A DNA stretch of 64,000 nt from Proteromonas lacertae (Eukaryota). The translations under genes and the position numbers were made by a program. Positions 1 through 10,147 of the stretch are shown here, one piece after another (within the stretch, counting starts at the first letter, position 1; every line of letters starts with the position of its first letter). The stretch lies in NCBI GenBank assembly GCA_002245135.1, contig NGBS01000001.1, positions 1-64,000 of the forward strand, given 5' to 3'. The notes beneath the pieces were generated by a model, which did no database searches, had not been told where the DNA came from, and was given only the letters and a program-made list of their open reading frames with translations.

Positions 1-455
1 AACTGGCATCACAGCATTGTCACCAGGCATAGGTGCATCTGGTGGAGGTATTTTTAAACCACTACCATTACTTTGTTTTGTTTGTGCAAATGGATCACTA
101 TCACCTGGTAACCTAATTGATTTTGATTTTTGTGTTTGTTGTTGTTGTTGTTGTTGCTCTAAATAAATATTATCTGATTCTTGTTTGTTTTTTAACTTAT
201 TCATTCTTGCTTCCTTGCTTTGGCTAGATTTTCAGCTCTTTTCTTTCTTGTCTCTTCGCTTAATTTAGAATTAGATGATGGAGTAGCTCTATCATTACTA
301 TGATTTAAGTTATATAACAATTCTGCAATTTGTCTATCAGTTTTACTCATATCTCTAGCTAATGGAGTATCATAGCCATAATAATCATCATCAGAAGATG
401 AGGATGAATCATCATAGTAATCTCTAGTGTATCTGCTATAACGATTGTTATACAT
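1..455 (-). CDS. Viral hypothetical protein, partial; reading frame changes at ~201-215 and runs off the window
   Basis: ORF 201-485 (likely ATG 455). Its TGA overlaps an ATG at 204 whose frame (MNKLKNKQESDNIYLEQQQQQ...GSGLKIPPPDAPMPG) stays open to base 1. Confidence 0.55.
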
Positions 456-611
456 TATGTTATTATTAAATATATAAAAAAACAATAAGAATTTATCAAA
501 TGAATAATAAAATCAATAACAAAGTTTATGTTGTTAACTTGTAAGCTAAAAAGCTTTGTAAACTGTTTTGTGGATTGTATAAACCTCTATGGTTAAATCC
601 ACAAGGTTTAG

Positions 612-1277
612 CTAATACCATTTAAAAATAGGCCTATTGCTAGGAGGTTTAGTGATAGCTATACTATGTATTCTCTTAGCACCACCATTCATTGCTAATT
701 TTAGTCCACCATTTTGTCTAAGTCTTAAGCCACCCCTATGTCTTCTTCTACGTTTACCATAACCATAGTTACTAGCAGTGGAACTAATGTTATTTGCTAT
801 GTTACCTATTTTATTAAAACCTAATTTTGTTGCAATGTCACCTACTTTACCTGATATATTACTAATATATTTCTTATCTTTTAAAGTGTTATTTATTTCT
901 TTAGCTTTCTCAATACCTCTTGTAATATTGTCTTTTGTGGCTATTTTTCTTATTTTATTCCATCCTTTCTTAAACAAACTACCTAAACCAGCTCCCTTCC
1001 GTTTTCTAGTATGAAATGAAACAACTTTACCAGATTTTGTCCTAAACTTAACAGTTCCACCACCAGTCATAGATGAAGTATCACCTAAGAATCTACCATC
1101 AGGTGTAAATTGTGACATTCTAGTAACTCTATGTCTTGCAACTCTACCTCTACGTCTTCTCTTACCATATCCCATATTCTCTATACTGCTGCTGATAACT
1201 GGTCCAGCAAAAGGTATTAAGCTAGCTGCACCTGATAGAATTTTAGATTTTTTTAACCAATCTTTAAACTTACCCAT
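612..1277 (-). CDS. Basic viral core/cement precursor protein (adenovirus pVII/pVI-like features)
   Basis: Arg/Lys-rich; repeated GYG-KRRRR; MTGG|G and MNGG|A fit the adenain consensus (M/L/I)xGG|x; two amphipathic helices; divergent from the protease gene. Confidence 0.7.
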   Translation of the reverse strand: MGKFKDWLKKSKILSGAASLIPFAGPVISSSIENMGYGKRRRRGRVARHRVTRMSQFTPDGRFLGDTSSMTGGGTVKFRTKSGKVVSFHTRKRKGAGLGSLFKKGWNKIRKIATKDNITRGIEKAKEINNTLKDKKYISNISGKVGDIATKLGFNKIGNIANNISSTASNYGYGKRRRRHRGGLRLRQNGGLKLAMNGGAKRIHSIAITKPPSNRPIFKWY

Positions 1278-1312
1278 TAATTAAATAACATATAAAAATA
1301 TATTAAAAACGT

Positions 1313-1352
1313 TAAGAATTTATCAAATGAATTGATATTCAATAAATTCTTA
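1313..1352. promoter_or_regulatory. Putative bidirectional viral promoter element
   Basis: TAAGAATTTATCAAATGAAT identical at 486-505; inverted ATAAATTCTTA at 1342-1352 between divergent genes. Confidence 0.5.
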
Positions 1353-1369
1353 TAGTTATTAAATATATA

Positions 1370-1930
1370 ATGTTTAAAAGATATATCACAAATGATTATA
1401 TAGGTACAGGTGATTTACATAAAGAAGATGCACTCTCAAATTTTGATATTGAAAAGATCATTAAAAAAATGTTTCCTAGACTACTAAAATATTTTAAAGG
1501 TGTTATACTATGGGATGAACTTAGCAAAATAGGTCAGCTATGTAAAAATGAAAATGTTTGGTGTGTTATACTTTGTACTAATACAACTAAAGATCCTGTA
1601 AGTAAAATAGGTCATTGGGTTAGTTTATGTGTTAACAATAATACTAGGAGGATAATGTACTATGATAGTTTTGGAGATAAACCTAAACAAATAACAAAGT
1701 TTTATAAAGATTTAACAAAATTAAAAAAATATCCTAATGATGAATATAAGACTAAAATAAACAGAGTTAAAAATCAAAGAGTTGATAGTGTAAGATGTGG
1801 TTATCATGCAATTTTGTTTTTAGTTGATATCATAGTAAATAACAAATCATTTGTGCAAGCAACAAATTTTAATTCATTAAAAGGAGAAAAAAGAGCTAAA
1901 ATGTTAGAAACAAAATTTAAAACTATATAA
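1370..1930 (+). CDS. Adenain/Ulp1-like viral maturation cysteine protease
   Basis: GHWVSL (His), YYDSFG (Asp), NQ...RCGYHA (Gln/Cys) catalytic motifs; 186 aa. Confidence 0.92.
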   Translation: MFKRYITNDYIGTGDLHKEDALSNFDIEKIIKKMFPRLLKYFKGVILWDELSKIGQLCKNENVWCVILCTNTTKDPVSKIGHWVSLCVNNNTRRIMYYDSFGDKPKQITKFYKDLTKLKKYPNDEYKTKINRVKNQRVDSVRCGYHAILFLVDIIVNNKSFVQATNFNSLKGEKRAKMLETKFKTI

Positions 1931-4608
1931 TTTTTATTCTTTTTCTTTTATTATTGTGTGTAAACAATTTGGTATACAATTTTACTAATGATTGTGTCTT
2001 TCTTCTACGCTTTTTACCTAAACCTTGTATTCTACGCTTAGCTGTTTCTCTATCATCAATAGCTCTTTGATTAATACTATCTCGATTTGCATTTCTCATA
2101 TAATCATCAATTTTTAAATAATTATTTTCATCTTTATCATCTAATCTTGCATCTTTTAATACATAAATATTATCTTTTAAAGATACTGGTACTATCAATT
2201 CTACTGTATCTCCTATCTTAACAAAGAATGGATAGTTATAGAATTTGTGAATTCCATCACCTGGTATATCGCATGACATATAATCAAACATTGGATCACT
2301 TATTACATACCATGCTCTATCACTTTCTTGAGATACTATTACTTTGATTTGTTTACATTTGATTTTTTTATCGTTAGGCCAATTTTTATCATAATCCATA
2401 CCTATTAATACTTTTATGTTTTTATTTTCCTCTTCATCATCTGATAGAATATTAATACATGGATTATATATGTATATTTCCTGCTTAGCTTGTCTTTCAT
2501 TAAATGCCGTTCCTCGATGATTCTTTAACCAATATTCTAATAAACCAGTATATGAATATATATTTCTATTGTAATCATATCCATAAAACATCATATTGAT
2601 ACTACTGTAATTTTGAGGTATATCATTTACTTCAGTTGCATTATATGTAGATCTAGGTAATAAAGGTAAATTGATGTTTTCTTCTCTAACCCAATCAGTA
2701 AAGAACATATAACTCTTATTTGAATTTTCATCTACAATTGTACAAGGTGGATTATGATTATGTATAAATGCATCAATTGAATAGATTTTACCATTATTTG
2801 TTAATAATTGTGTATAAAACTCTTGTATTATCTTAGTTACACCTATTTTTGCTCCATTTTCTCTAGTAGCTAAAAATCTATGTGATTTATTAAAGTCTCT
2901 ATTTGGATTTGGTATAGCATTAAGCAAATCATCTGATACTAAAAATGAAAATCTATCAGATGGTATAAGATGATGAGGATTAAATTGATTATTTAAACTA
3001 ATTACATTAGATCTAGATACATTTGATACAGGAGGAGGTGGAGGTGGTTGTTGAATAGTTCTTGCTGGTATAGGTCTTGGTGGCTAAAGGAGGAGGTGGT
3101 ATTTGATTACTCATATCACCAAGATCATAAGTGTCTGAATCTTCTTCAGTATCACTACTTGATGGATTATTATCATTATCTTCACTATCACTATTTGCAG
3201 GTGATGCATTATAAAATGCATTGACATTTCTATCAATCAAATCTGCAGTAATTGATGGATGAGCAGGAGGATAATTAGCTGGTGCAACATATCTCCAATT
3301 TCTATGATCTGCAACATTCATTCCAACATAAGCTGGAACTGATCTTCTATGTTTAATTTGACGGTTAAGTTGCGTATCTAAAGCTCTATTCATTCTAAAA
3401 GTTATAGGATTAGCAAATATATTTGTATTGATTTGTCCTTGTGGTACATGAGCTTCTGATAATATTTTTTGTATAGTTGCTAAATAGTTATATCTATATC
3501 CAGTTCTATTATCACCATCTGGTAATCCCATAAAATTTCTTCTATCAGGATGATATGGTAAAGTATATTCATTATCATTTTGATAATCTCCACTTAACTT
3601 ATCTTTTAATATTGGTATGTAATATAAAGCTAATATATACAAATCAGTTACACAGTTGTATATGATTAACGCAATTGAATAAGCTGTTTCTTCTTTTTGA
3701 TTTGTTAAATACCAAAATTTAGTTCTCATTAAACGACCTATATAAAACTTTAACTTATCTTTCAGAGAATCACAAAAGCTAATTATATCATAATTTGCAT
3801 TGTTGTTATTATTTACATTATTATCATTGCTATTATTTCCATTGTTGTTATTATTGTTATTATCATTACTTCCATTGTCTGCATTTACTAATACTCCTCT
3901 TACCATATTATCATGTCTATTTTGCATAACATTTTCTGCTCTTATTTCAGCTGCACTATTATAATGTTCATTATTCATTATGTTAAAATCATTTTCTGGT
4001 TCTGGATGTCTTTCATCAATTTCATAATGAGTTTTTTTAATTCTTCTATTTTCTAGTTGTGTAACACCTATTCTCTCTTTTGGGTGTAAAACAACAAATG
4101 GATTTCTTTGTAATATAAAATCAGATGCCATACACAATTTATCAATACCATCTGCTATACGAGTTTTAAATATGCCACATTCTCTTGCATTAGCAGAGTT
4201 TTCATTTCCTGTTAATTTTGGATTATAAGCTTCTAATGGTTTACCATGCGCAAAAGGACCTGTTACAAATAAATTTTTACACCAATTAAACATTTTCATA
4301 TGTTCATCATATAAATTATATATTCTATTAAACTCATGATTTGGCCAACCTATTGGAATAAGTCTATATTGAATAATTAATGCTTTGTTAAATCTTTTCA
4401 CTTCTTGATCCACATAATTATTTAAATCATCTTCACTTATATTTTGAAATGGTATGACTTGATTCCTTCTATGTCTTCTTCTATGTCTTATTCTGCTCAT
4501 ATCAATAGGTACATTGTCTTCATTTTCTTCATCTTCATATTCATCATCATCTGTGGGTCCATCTTCTTCATCATCATTTGAATTGTTAACTTGAGGTTGC
4601 GGTTGCAT
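1923..4608 (-). CDS. Large viral hypothetical protein (~895 aa) split by a single-base frameshift at ~3084
   Basis: ORF 3013-4608 ends in PPPPL; the +1 frame continues PPRPIPARTIQQPPPPPP...SDDLLNAIP without a stop into ORF 1923-2927; acidic N-terminus, basic GLG-KKRRRK C-terminus. Confidence 0.65.
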
Positions 4609-4687
4609 ATATATATAACAATATATAAATTAAAGAATAATTCAAATAAAATTATATTTTAATATTTCTCAACAATTATAAAACATA

Positions 4688-5659
4688 ATGCAACCAAAAG
4701 ATAGTAACAACATATTAGCTAATAGAAGAACATTGTTCTTAACAACATCAGACTATAATGAAAAATTATCTAATAAATGGGTTAGATGTATTAATACTCC
4801 AACTATTACTGAAAAATATCAATATATGAGTTTAATTACTGCAGTTATTCCAAATAACTTCTATACAGTACAAGATGAAGTAAATGATCATATTCTCTTT
4901 AATTTCACTTACTACGAATGCATAAATCCAGATAAAACAAATCCAGCAGAATGGGAAAAACCTGAGAATCAGCTTGGACCTTATTATAAAACTATTGATG
5001 CTAAAATACCTCAAAGAAATTATACTGGTAAAGAATTATTAGAATTTTTTAGTAATAAGTTACTATCGTTAAGTTTTGCAGAAATAGCAGGTGCAGCAGG
5101 ACCATTGCCAGATGAAGATCTTTCACAAAACTATCCGTTTCGTAAAATAGATGATCAAACAGATATACTTCAATTTAGTGAAAGTTCAGAAAATAGATTA
5201 CACTTAAAATTCAAATACTTAACTCATTTTGGTAGATTATATTTCACAGATTTTAGCATTGAATTCCCTAACTTAGTTTATAAGTTATATGGTGTAGATG
5301 AGATGAACAAAAAGTTAGATATTTATCATACAGCAGCTCCAATTGAAGCATTTTTTAATAATATTGATATAGAATATGACAAAATATTGCCTAATCAACC
5401 GTCTTTAATTTGGGTGTCATTCATACAAATTAGATGTGACTGGGTTAATAGTGGTGAGAATTCAATGGTTTTAGCTAACATACCTGTGAAAGATCTTAAT
5501 ACTAACTACACCACATTCACTAATCCACAAATTGAATGGACAGCTAAGAAGATGCAATATCACGAATATCAACGAATGACTATATCAGTCACACAACAAG
5601 ATGGTTATGCAATTTATTTAAAAAACTTACCTATTTATTTTGAGATTATTTTGTATTAA
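4688..5659 (+). CDS. Minor capsid protein (penton, single jelly-roll)
   Basis: SLITAVIPNNFYTV, IPQRNYT, IQIRCDWV..VLANIP and C-terminal ISVTQQDG..LKNLPIYFEI patterns typical of Polinton/virophage pentons; directly upstream of the MCP. Confidence 0.8.
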   Translation: MQPKDSNNILANRRTLFLTTSDYNEKLSNKWVRCINTPTITEKYQYMSLITAVIPNNFYTVQDEVNDHILFNFTYYECINPDKTNPAEWEKPENQLGPYYKTIDAKIPQRNYTGKELLEFFSNKLLSLSFAEIAGAAGPLPDEDLSQNYPFRKIDDQTDILQFSESSENRLHLKFKYLTHFGRLYFTDFSIEFPNLVYKLYGVDEMNKKLDIYHTAAPIEAFFNNIDIEYDKILPNQPSLIWVSFIQIRCDWVNSGENSMVLANIPVKDLNTNYTTFTNPQIEWTAKKMQYHEYQRMTISVTQQDGYAIYLKNLPIYFEIILY

Positions 5660-5713
5660 TAAATTTCTTGCTATTTTTAAGTATTTTTTTAATCTTTTAA
5701 AATAACATAAATT

Positions 5714-7135
5714 ATGTCAATCACTGCTATACCTAATTCACAAAAGCATGAAAGCATTGTGCCAGCTTACATACCAATTTACAACCATATTTTAGTTACT
5801 CCAAACCAAAGCAGGAATGAGACTGTTTTATCTTTAAATTCAAACAGTGATGCTATAACATTTGAAATATCTGGTGATAATTGTGTTAACTTATCAAAAA
5901 GCTATTTTGAATTCATATTAGATTATACTACAGGTCAAACTAGAGCTCATGCTGCTGCAGATTCAGGTAATTGGGATATGCCTTTTGTACCTAAAAGAGA
6001 TACTAGTGCAAATAATTTAGATAAACTAACATTGAAGAATACTATGAATTTTGGTACATTAAAAGTATACAACAAAACAGGAACTTTGCTATGTGATTTG
6101 GATACTAGTTATAATGAATATAGAGATTTAGCTCATGAAATTGCAAATCAATTTCCTTATGATTTAAAAGAACCAGATTATTACAAGAAAATATTTGATG
6201 GTTTAGGATTTAATACTGCAAATCAAAAAATAGGTGAAAATTTATTATGTCATTCAGCTAATACATTAAATCCAAGTGGAGGTGTTCAAAATTATTATGT
6301 AATGCAAAATGGTATGACAGATACATTACATGGTCAAATACTGTGTAGATTTCATTTTGCAGACATATACAATACTATTTTAGCTTTGAAGAATGATATT
6401 TATTTTGGTGAAGTAATATACATACAATTCACATTTGCACCTATAATGAATTGGGTTCATCATAATGATGGAGATAAATATATAAACCAATGGCAAGCAT
6501 TTTTAGGAATGAAAATAGTTAATCCTCATCTTTATGTTTGTTATAACAAAGATCCAACTTGCAATGCCAATACCATCAATTATTCAACTCATCATCCTAT
6601 TGACTTTACTGATTTTAACATAGTTCAAATAACTAAAGATCCTATTCCAGGTAATAGTACTTTTAACTATAACTTCAGTATTAATAGCAGCATTGGAAGT
6701 TATGTTAAGTTTATATTATACAGAGCATACATAAATGATGCTTATATAAGAACTATAGTTCCTTTTGATAAAGAAGAAGATAGAATTAGATGGCAAATTA
6801 ATGATTTTGTCTATACTCCTGATTATTTATATCCTGCAAAATACCAAACTTGGGAATATATGAGAAATATTATTCAAAATACATTATATGAAAAATGTTC
6901 AGCATATTCATTCCCTTATAGATTCTTTGATGTATTAAATTTCAGTACTGATCGATTAACTGAGTTAAAATTAAGAGCTGGTAAAGACTTAGCAAGTGAT
7001 TTAAAAATTACTTTGGATTGCTCAAATCATGATTTTGATACTGCAAAAAATACTTATACAATTCATCATAAATTCTATATTATTACAGGTAAACAATTAG
7101 TTATTGGACCAAGAGGTGTTGAGAAAGTAGTATAA
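5714..7135 (+). CDS. Major capsid protein (double jelly-roll)
   Basis: 473 aa, beta-rich; ITFEISGDNCVNLSKSYFEF N-terminal motif like Polinton-type MCPs; lies between penton and ATPase. Confidence 0.8.
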   Translation: MSITAIPNSQKHESIVPAYIPIYNHILVTPNQSRNETVLSLNSNSDAITFEISGDNCVNLSKSYFEFILDYTTGQTRAHAAADSGNWDMPFVPKRDTSANNLDKLTLKNTMNFGTLKVYNKTGTLLCDLDTSYNEYRDLAHEIANQFPYDLKEPDYYKKIFDGLGFNTANQKIGENLLCHSANTLNPSGGVQNYYVMQNGMTDTLHGQILCRFHFADIYNTILALKNDIYFGEVIYIQFTFAPIMNWVHHNDGDKYINQWQAFLGMKIVNPHLYVCYNKDPTCNANTINYSTHHPIDFTDFNIVQITKDPIPGNSTFNYNFSINSSIGSYVKFILYRAYINDAYIRTIVPFDKEEDRIRWQINDFVYTPDYLYPAKYQTWEYMRNIIQNTLYEKCSAYSFPYRFFDVLNFSTDRLTELKLRAGKDLASDLKITLDCSNHDFDTAKNTYTIHHKFYIITGKQLVIGPRGVEKVV

Positions 7136-7206
7136 ATAACACTTTATTATTGACTTCTATTTTTATTTTTTGATTTCTCACTACATAATATATATATACA
7201 CACACT

Positions 7207-7968
7207 ATGTTTAAATTTGAAAAAATAAATAATATACAAATTGAACCTGTTGATGGTGGTGAGTCTTTTGATCCTAAGAAAATTCTGGGATATGATTACT
7301 TTAATGAGCCTTTCTGCAATATATTTATTGTAGCTCGTAAGAACAGTGGGAAAACTACTTTGATATACAATATATTAAGACATATTATAGATCCAAAATA
7401 TAAGAAAAAACAACATGTACATTTTTTCGTAGGCACAATTAAACAAGATAGGATATATGATTCAATTAAAGAGTTATTAGATTATAATGAAATTAGTTAT
7501 GATGAAAACGATTCATTATTTGAACCTTATTCAGGAGATAATTTAGTAGAGAAGTTAATGAAATCAATTGATGATACAAACAAAGATAATTTTGAGTATG
7601 CAGAACATATTATAATATTTGATGATCTTAGTTTAGAGTTGAAAACAGCTAATATCATACCAGTATTAATGAAAGAAAATAGACATTTAAAATCAAAAAT
7701 TATAATTAGTAGTCAATATATTACTGATATAGTACCTTCAGCAAGATCACAAGTAGATTATTGTTTAACATTTTATGGATTGAGTAATAGAAATTTGTTT
7801 GACTTATACAACTCATTGAATATATGGATACCTGAATATGAAACATTTAAAGAGTTATATTTAGCTGTTACTAAGCCACAATATAACTTCTTATATATTG
7901 ATAATGTTAAAAAAGTGTTTAGAGCTAACTTCAATATTTTGATTGAAGATCATTCTGAAGTTTCTTGA
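7207..7968 (+). CDS. A32/FtsK-like genome-packaging ATPase
   Basis: Walker A ARKNSGKT, Walker B IIIFDD, NRHLKSKIIISSQ motif. Confidence 0.93.
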   Translation: MFKFEKINNIQIEPVDGGESFDPKKILGYDYFNEPFCNIFIVARKNSGKTTLIYNILRHIIDPKYKKKQHVHFFVGTIKQDRIYDSIKELLDYNEISYDENDSLFEPYSGDNLVEKLMKSIDDTNKDNFEYAEHIIIFDDLSLELKTANIIPVLMKENRHLKSKIIISSQYITDIVPSARSQVDYCLTFYGLSNRNLFDLYNSLNIWIPEYETFKELYLAVTKPQYNFLYIDNVKKVFRANFNILIEDHSEVS

Positions 7969-8894
7969 TGTTTTTATTAATTTTATTATTTTATTGTTTA
8001 TTAATACAAAAAATGTTTATTGGGGAACGAAATACTTCAGATATAAATATTGATACAGATAAGCTTGCTAAAGATATAGCTGACAAAATAAATATACAAC
8101 CTACTGATCCTGATACTATTGTTAAACCCATCAATGATGAAATTGAAAAATGTAATATTAAAATAAGTGGATGTGATAATAAAATTACTAGTACATTAAG
8201 TGCAGTCACAACATTATCATATAATAATGAAAATAATGAATATATTAGTAAAGAGACACTTGGAACATATTATTATCAAAATGATTATGAAGATTTTATG
8301 AAGAACAAAAGTGGTAAGTTTATGTATTCTATCTATAAACATTGCAAAACTATGAATATAATATTTCCTACTATATTAGGTAAGTATTATACTACATGGA
8401 CTGTATCGTTAAAAGAAGATTTAGGTAATAATAAGTATAATGAACAAATAATTGGTCGTATACCTATTACAGTTACAATCTTCCCAAATTTTATGAGAAT
8501 TAAAACATTAAAATTATGTCAAATATTTAGTGGTAATAGACAACTTCGTAAAATTCGTTTACGTTTAGATAATGATTCTCTTTTATATCCTAAATATAGT
8601 TCAGATGATAAATTCTATTCATTTTTTGATCATTTATATAATCAATACCCTAATGATGGATCTAATGCAGTACCATTCCCTATAGAGATTCATAACAATA
8701 GTGTTACCCCACCTCAAAAATTATCTTGTAATTTTTATTTATATCATTTTAATGAAAATAAAGTTCTATTATGGTTAGAAAGTGATGGATGTGAAGGTGA
8801 TCAGTATCAAGCAATATTACCTCAAACAATTGATACAAAGATTATAGATTTTGGTTTAAGACATGTTTACCCTAATGATCAATCTTTATTATAG
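7968..8894 (+). CDS. Viral hypothetical protein, possible fibre/receptor-binding protein (start may be ATG 8013)
   Basis: Short N-terminal heptad-like segment followed by a beta-rich domain; located after the capsid module. Confidence 0.4.
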   Translation: MFLLILLFYCLLIQKMFIGERNTSDINIDTDKLAKDIADKINIQPTDPDTIVKPINDEIEKCNIKISGCDNKITSTLSAVTTLSYNNENNEYISKETLGTYYYQNDYEDFMKNKSGKFMYSIYKHCKTMNIIFPTILGKYYTTWTVSLKEDLGNNKYNEQIIGRIPITVTIFPNFMRIKTLKLCQIFSGNRQLRKIRLRLDNDSLLYPKYSSDDKFYSFFDHLYNQYPNDGSNAVPFPIEIHNNSVTPPQKLSCNFYLYHFNENKVLLWLESDGCEGDQYQAILPQTIDTKIIDFGLRHVYPNDQSLL

Positions 8895-9025
8895 TTTTAA
8901 TATGAATTTATTATGTTTATTATTATTTTTATTATTTTTTTATTATATTATGTGATTTTTATTAAATTACGCATATTTTTAAACCCTGTCCCAAATCATT
9001 TTAAAATAAAGATTCGTTTTAAAAT

Positions 9026-9505
9026 TTAGACTATGTTTATCGTAGTTTGATCATTATTTCCTTTAACTTCTTCTTGTACTTCTTCTTCTTCCTCATCATC
9101 ACTATCATCAAATATATAATTCTTCTTTACATAATGTTTCAACATAGGATTCTTCTTCAAATGAACACTTCCCATTCCTTCAGGTAGTGTTAACCACTCA
9201 ATATACTTATCGAACACTGCAAAATAATGTCTATTTAATCCTCTTGGTTTTACTGATGGTTTAATATCGAAAAGCATCATGTAATATCTCTTATCACTAT
9301 ACTTTGTCCACATCTTTTGATGGCAAATAGCACAGAATTCATTATAAGACTTTATCTCTTCCTTAGGTAATGGGCTATCTAAAACTGCACTTATGTTATG
9401 GTTAAAATATAAGTAAAACTTACATGTTCCACATATACACTTATCTAAATAATCTTCATTATTTCTAAATGAACAAAAGAAAGCAAAGTTTACTGAAGCA
9501 CACAT
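9026..9505 (-). CDS. Cys-rich hypothetical viral protein (CxCxxC, CxxC), acidic tail
   Basis: Intact 159-aa ORF with putative Zn ligands. Confidence 0.55.
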   Translation of the reverse strand: MCASVNFAFFCSFRNNEDYLDKCICGTCKFYLYFNHNISAVLDSPLPKEEIKSYNEFCAICHQKMWTKYSDKRYYMMLFDIKPSVKPRGLNRHYFAVFDKYIEWLTLPEGMGSVHLKKNPMLKHYVKKNYIFDDSDDEEEEEVQEEVKGNNDQTTINIV

Positions 9506-10147
9506 ATTTATATATTTTTTGATAAAAACGGTTTTTCTTAAATATCAGGAAAATCAAAACTGTTTCTTTTTTCTGTTTATAACAACAGTTTCTCGTCAGA
9601 ATTTCGATTTAGTAAAAAATATAGAATACTGTAGATAATTCTTTAAATATATATTTTTGACACTATTTAAATTCTTTTGAATGTTTTTAACTACACTATA
9701 TAAATCCATAAATAAATTGATAAATGAAAAAAAAAAACCAAAAAAAAGTAAGAACGCATTCTGTAGCTTGGCCACCACACTATTTAATCACTAAGTCCTA
9801 GTCAGGCTACACAGGACACGCTACTTACTTACATAGAAATACATTTCTTATTATATAAAGTAGCTACCCTGCCGGGGTAGAACAGGTAGCTACCTATCTA
9901 TTTATACACTTTATTTCTACTATCCTACTCTAAAAACTATTAAAAATATAAAAATAAATTTTAACCCATAAATTTATTCACACACTAAAATATATACACA
10001 ATTTTAAATTCACCACTTGCTCCAGTATAACCCGTACCAAAAACTAATTCACACTCAAATCGCTTATTCTTATCTGTAGAAGGCACCTAAGAATAGTCTG
10101 GTACGGTTTACCCACATACAGTGATATTCTTACGGTTATACATATAT

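Noticed and set aside
778..1014. Hydrophobic 78-aa ORF
   Set aside because: Antisense shadow of the Lys-rich core protein; the same applies to 60161-60460, 60174-60407 and 44922-45255
3084..3119. Intron rescuing the viral frameshift (GT...TTTAG on the minus strand)
   Set aside because: Both candidate introns (27 and 36 nt) are multiples of 3 and do not change frame
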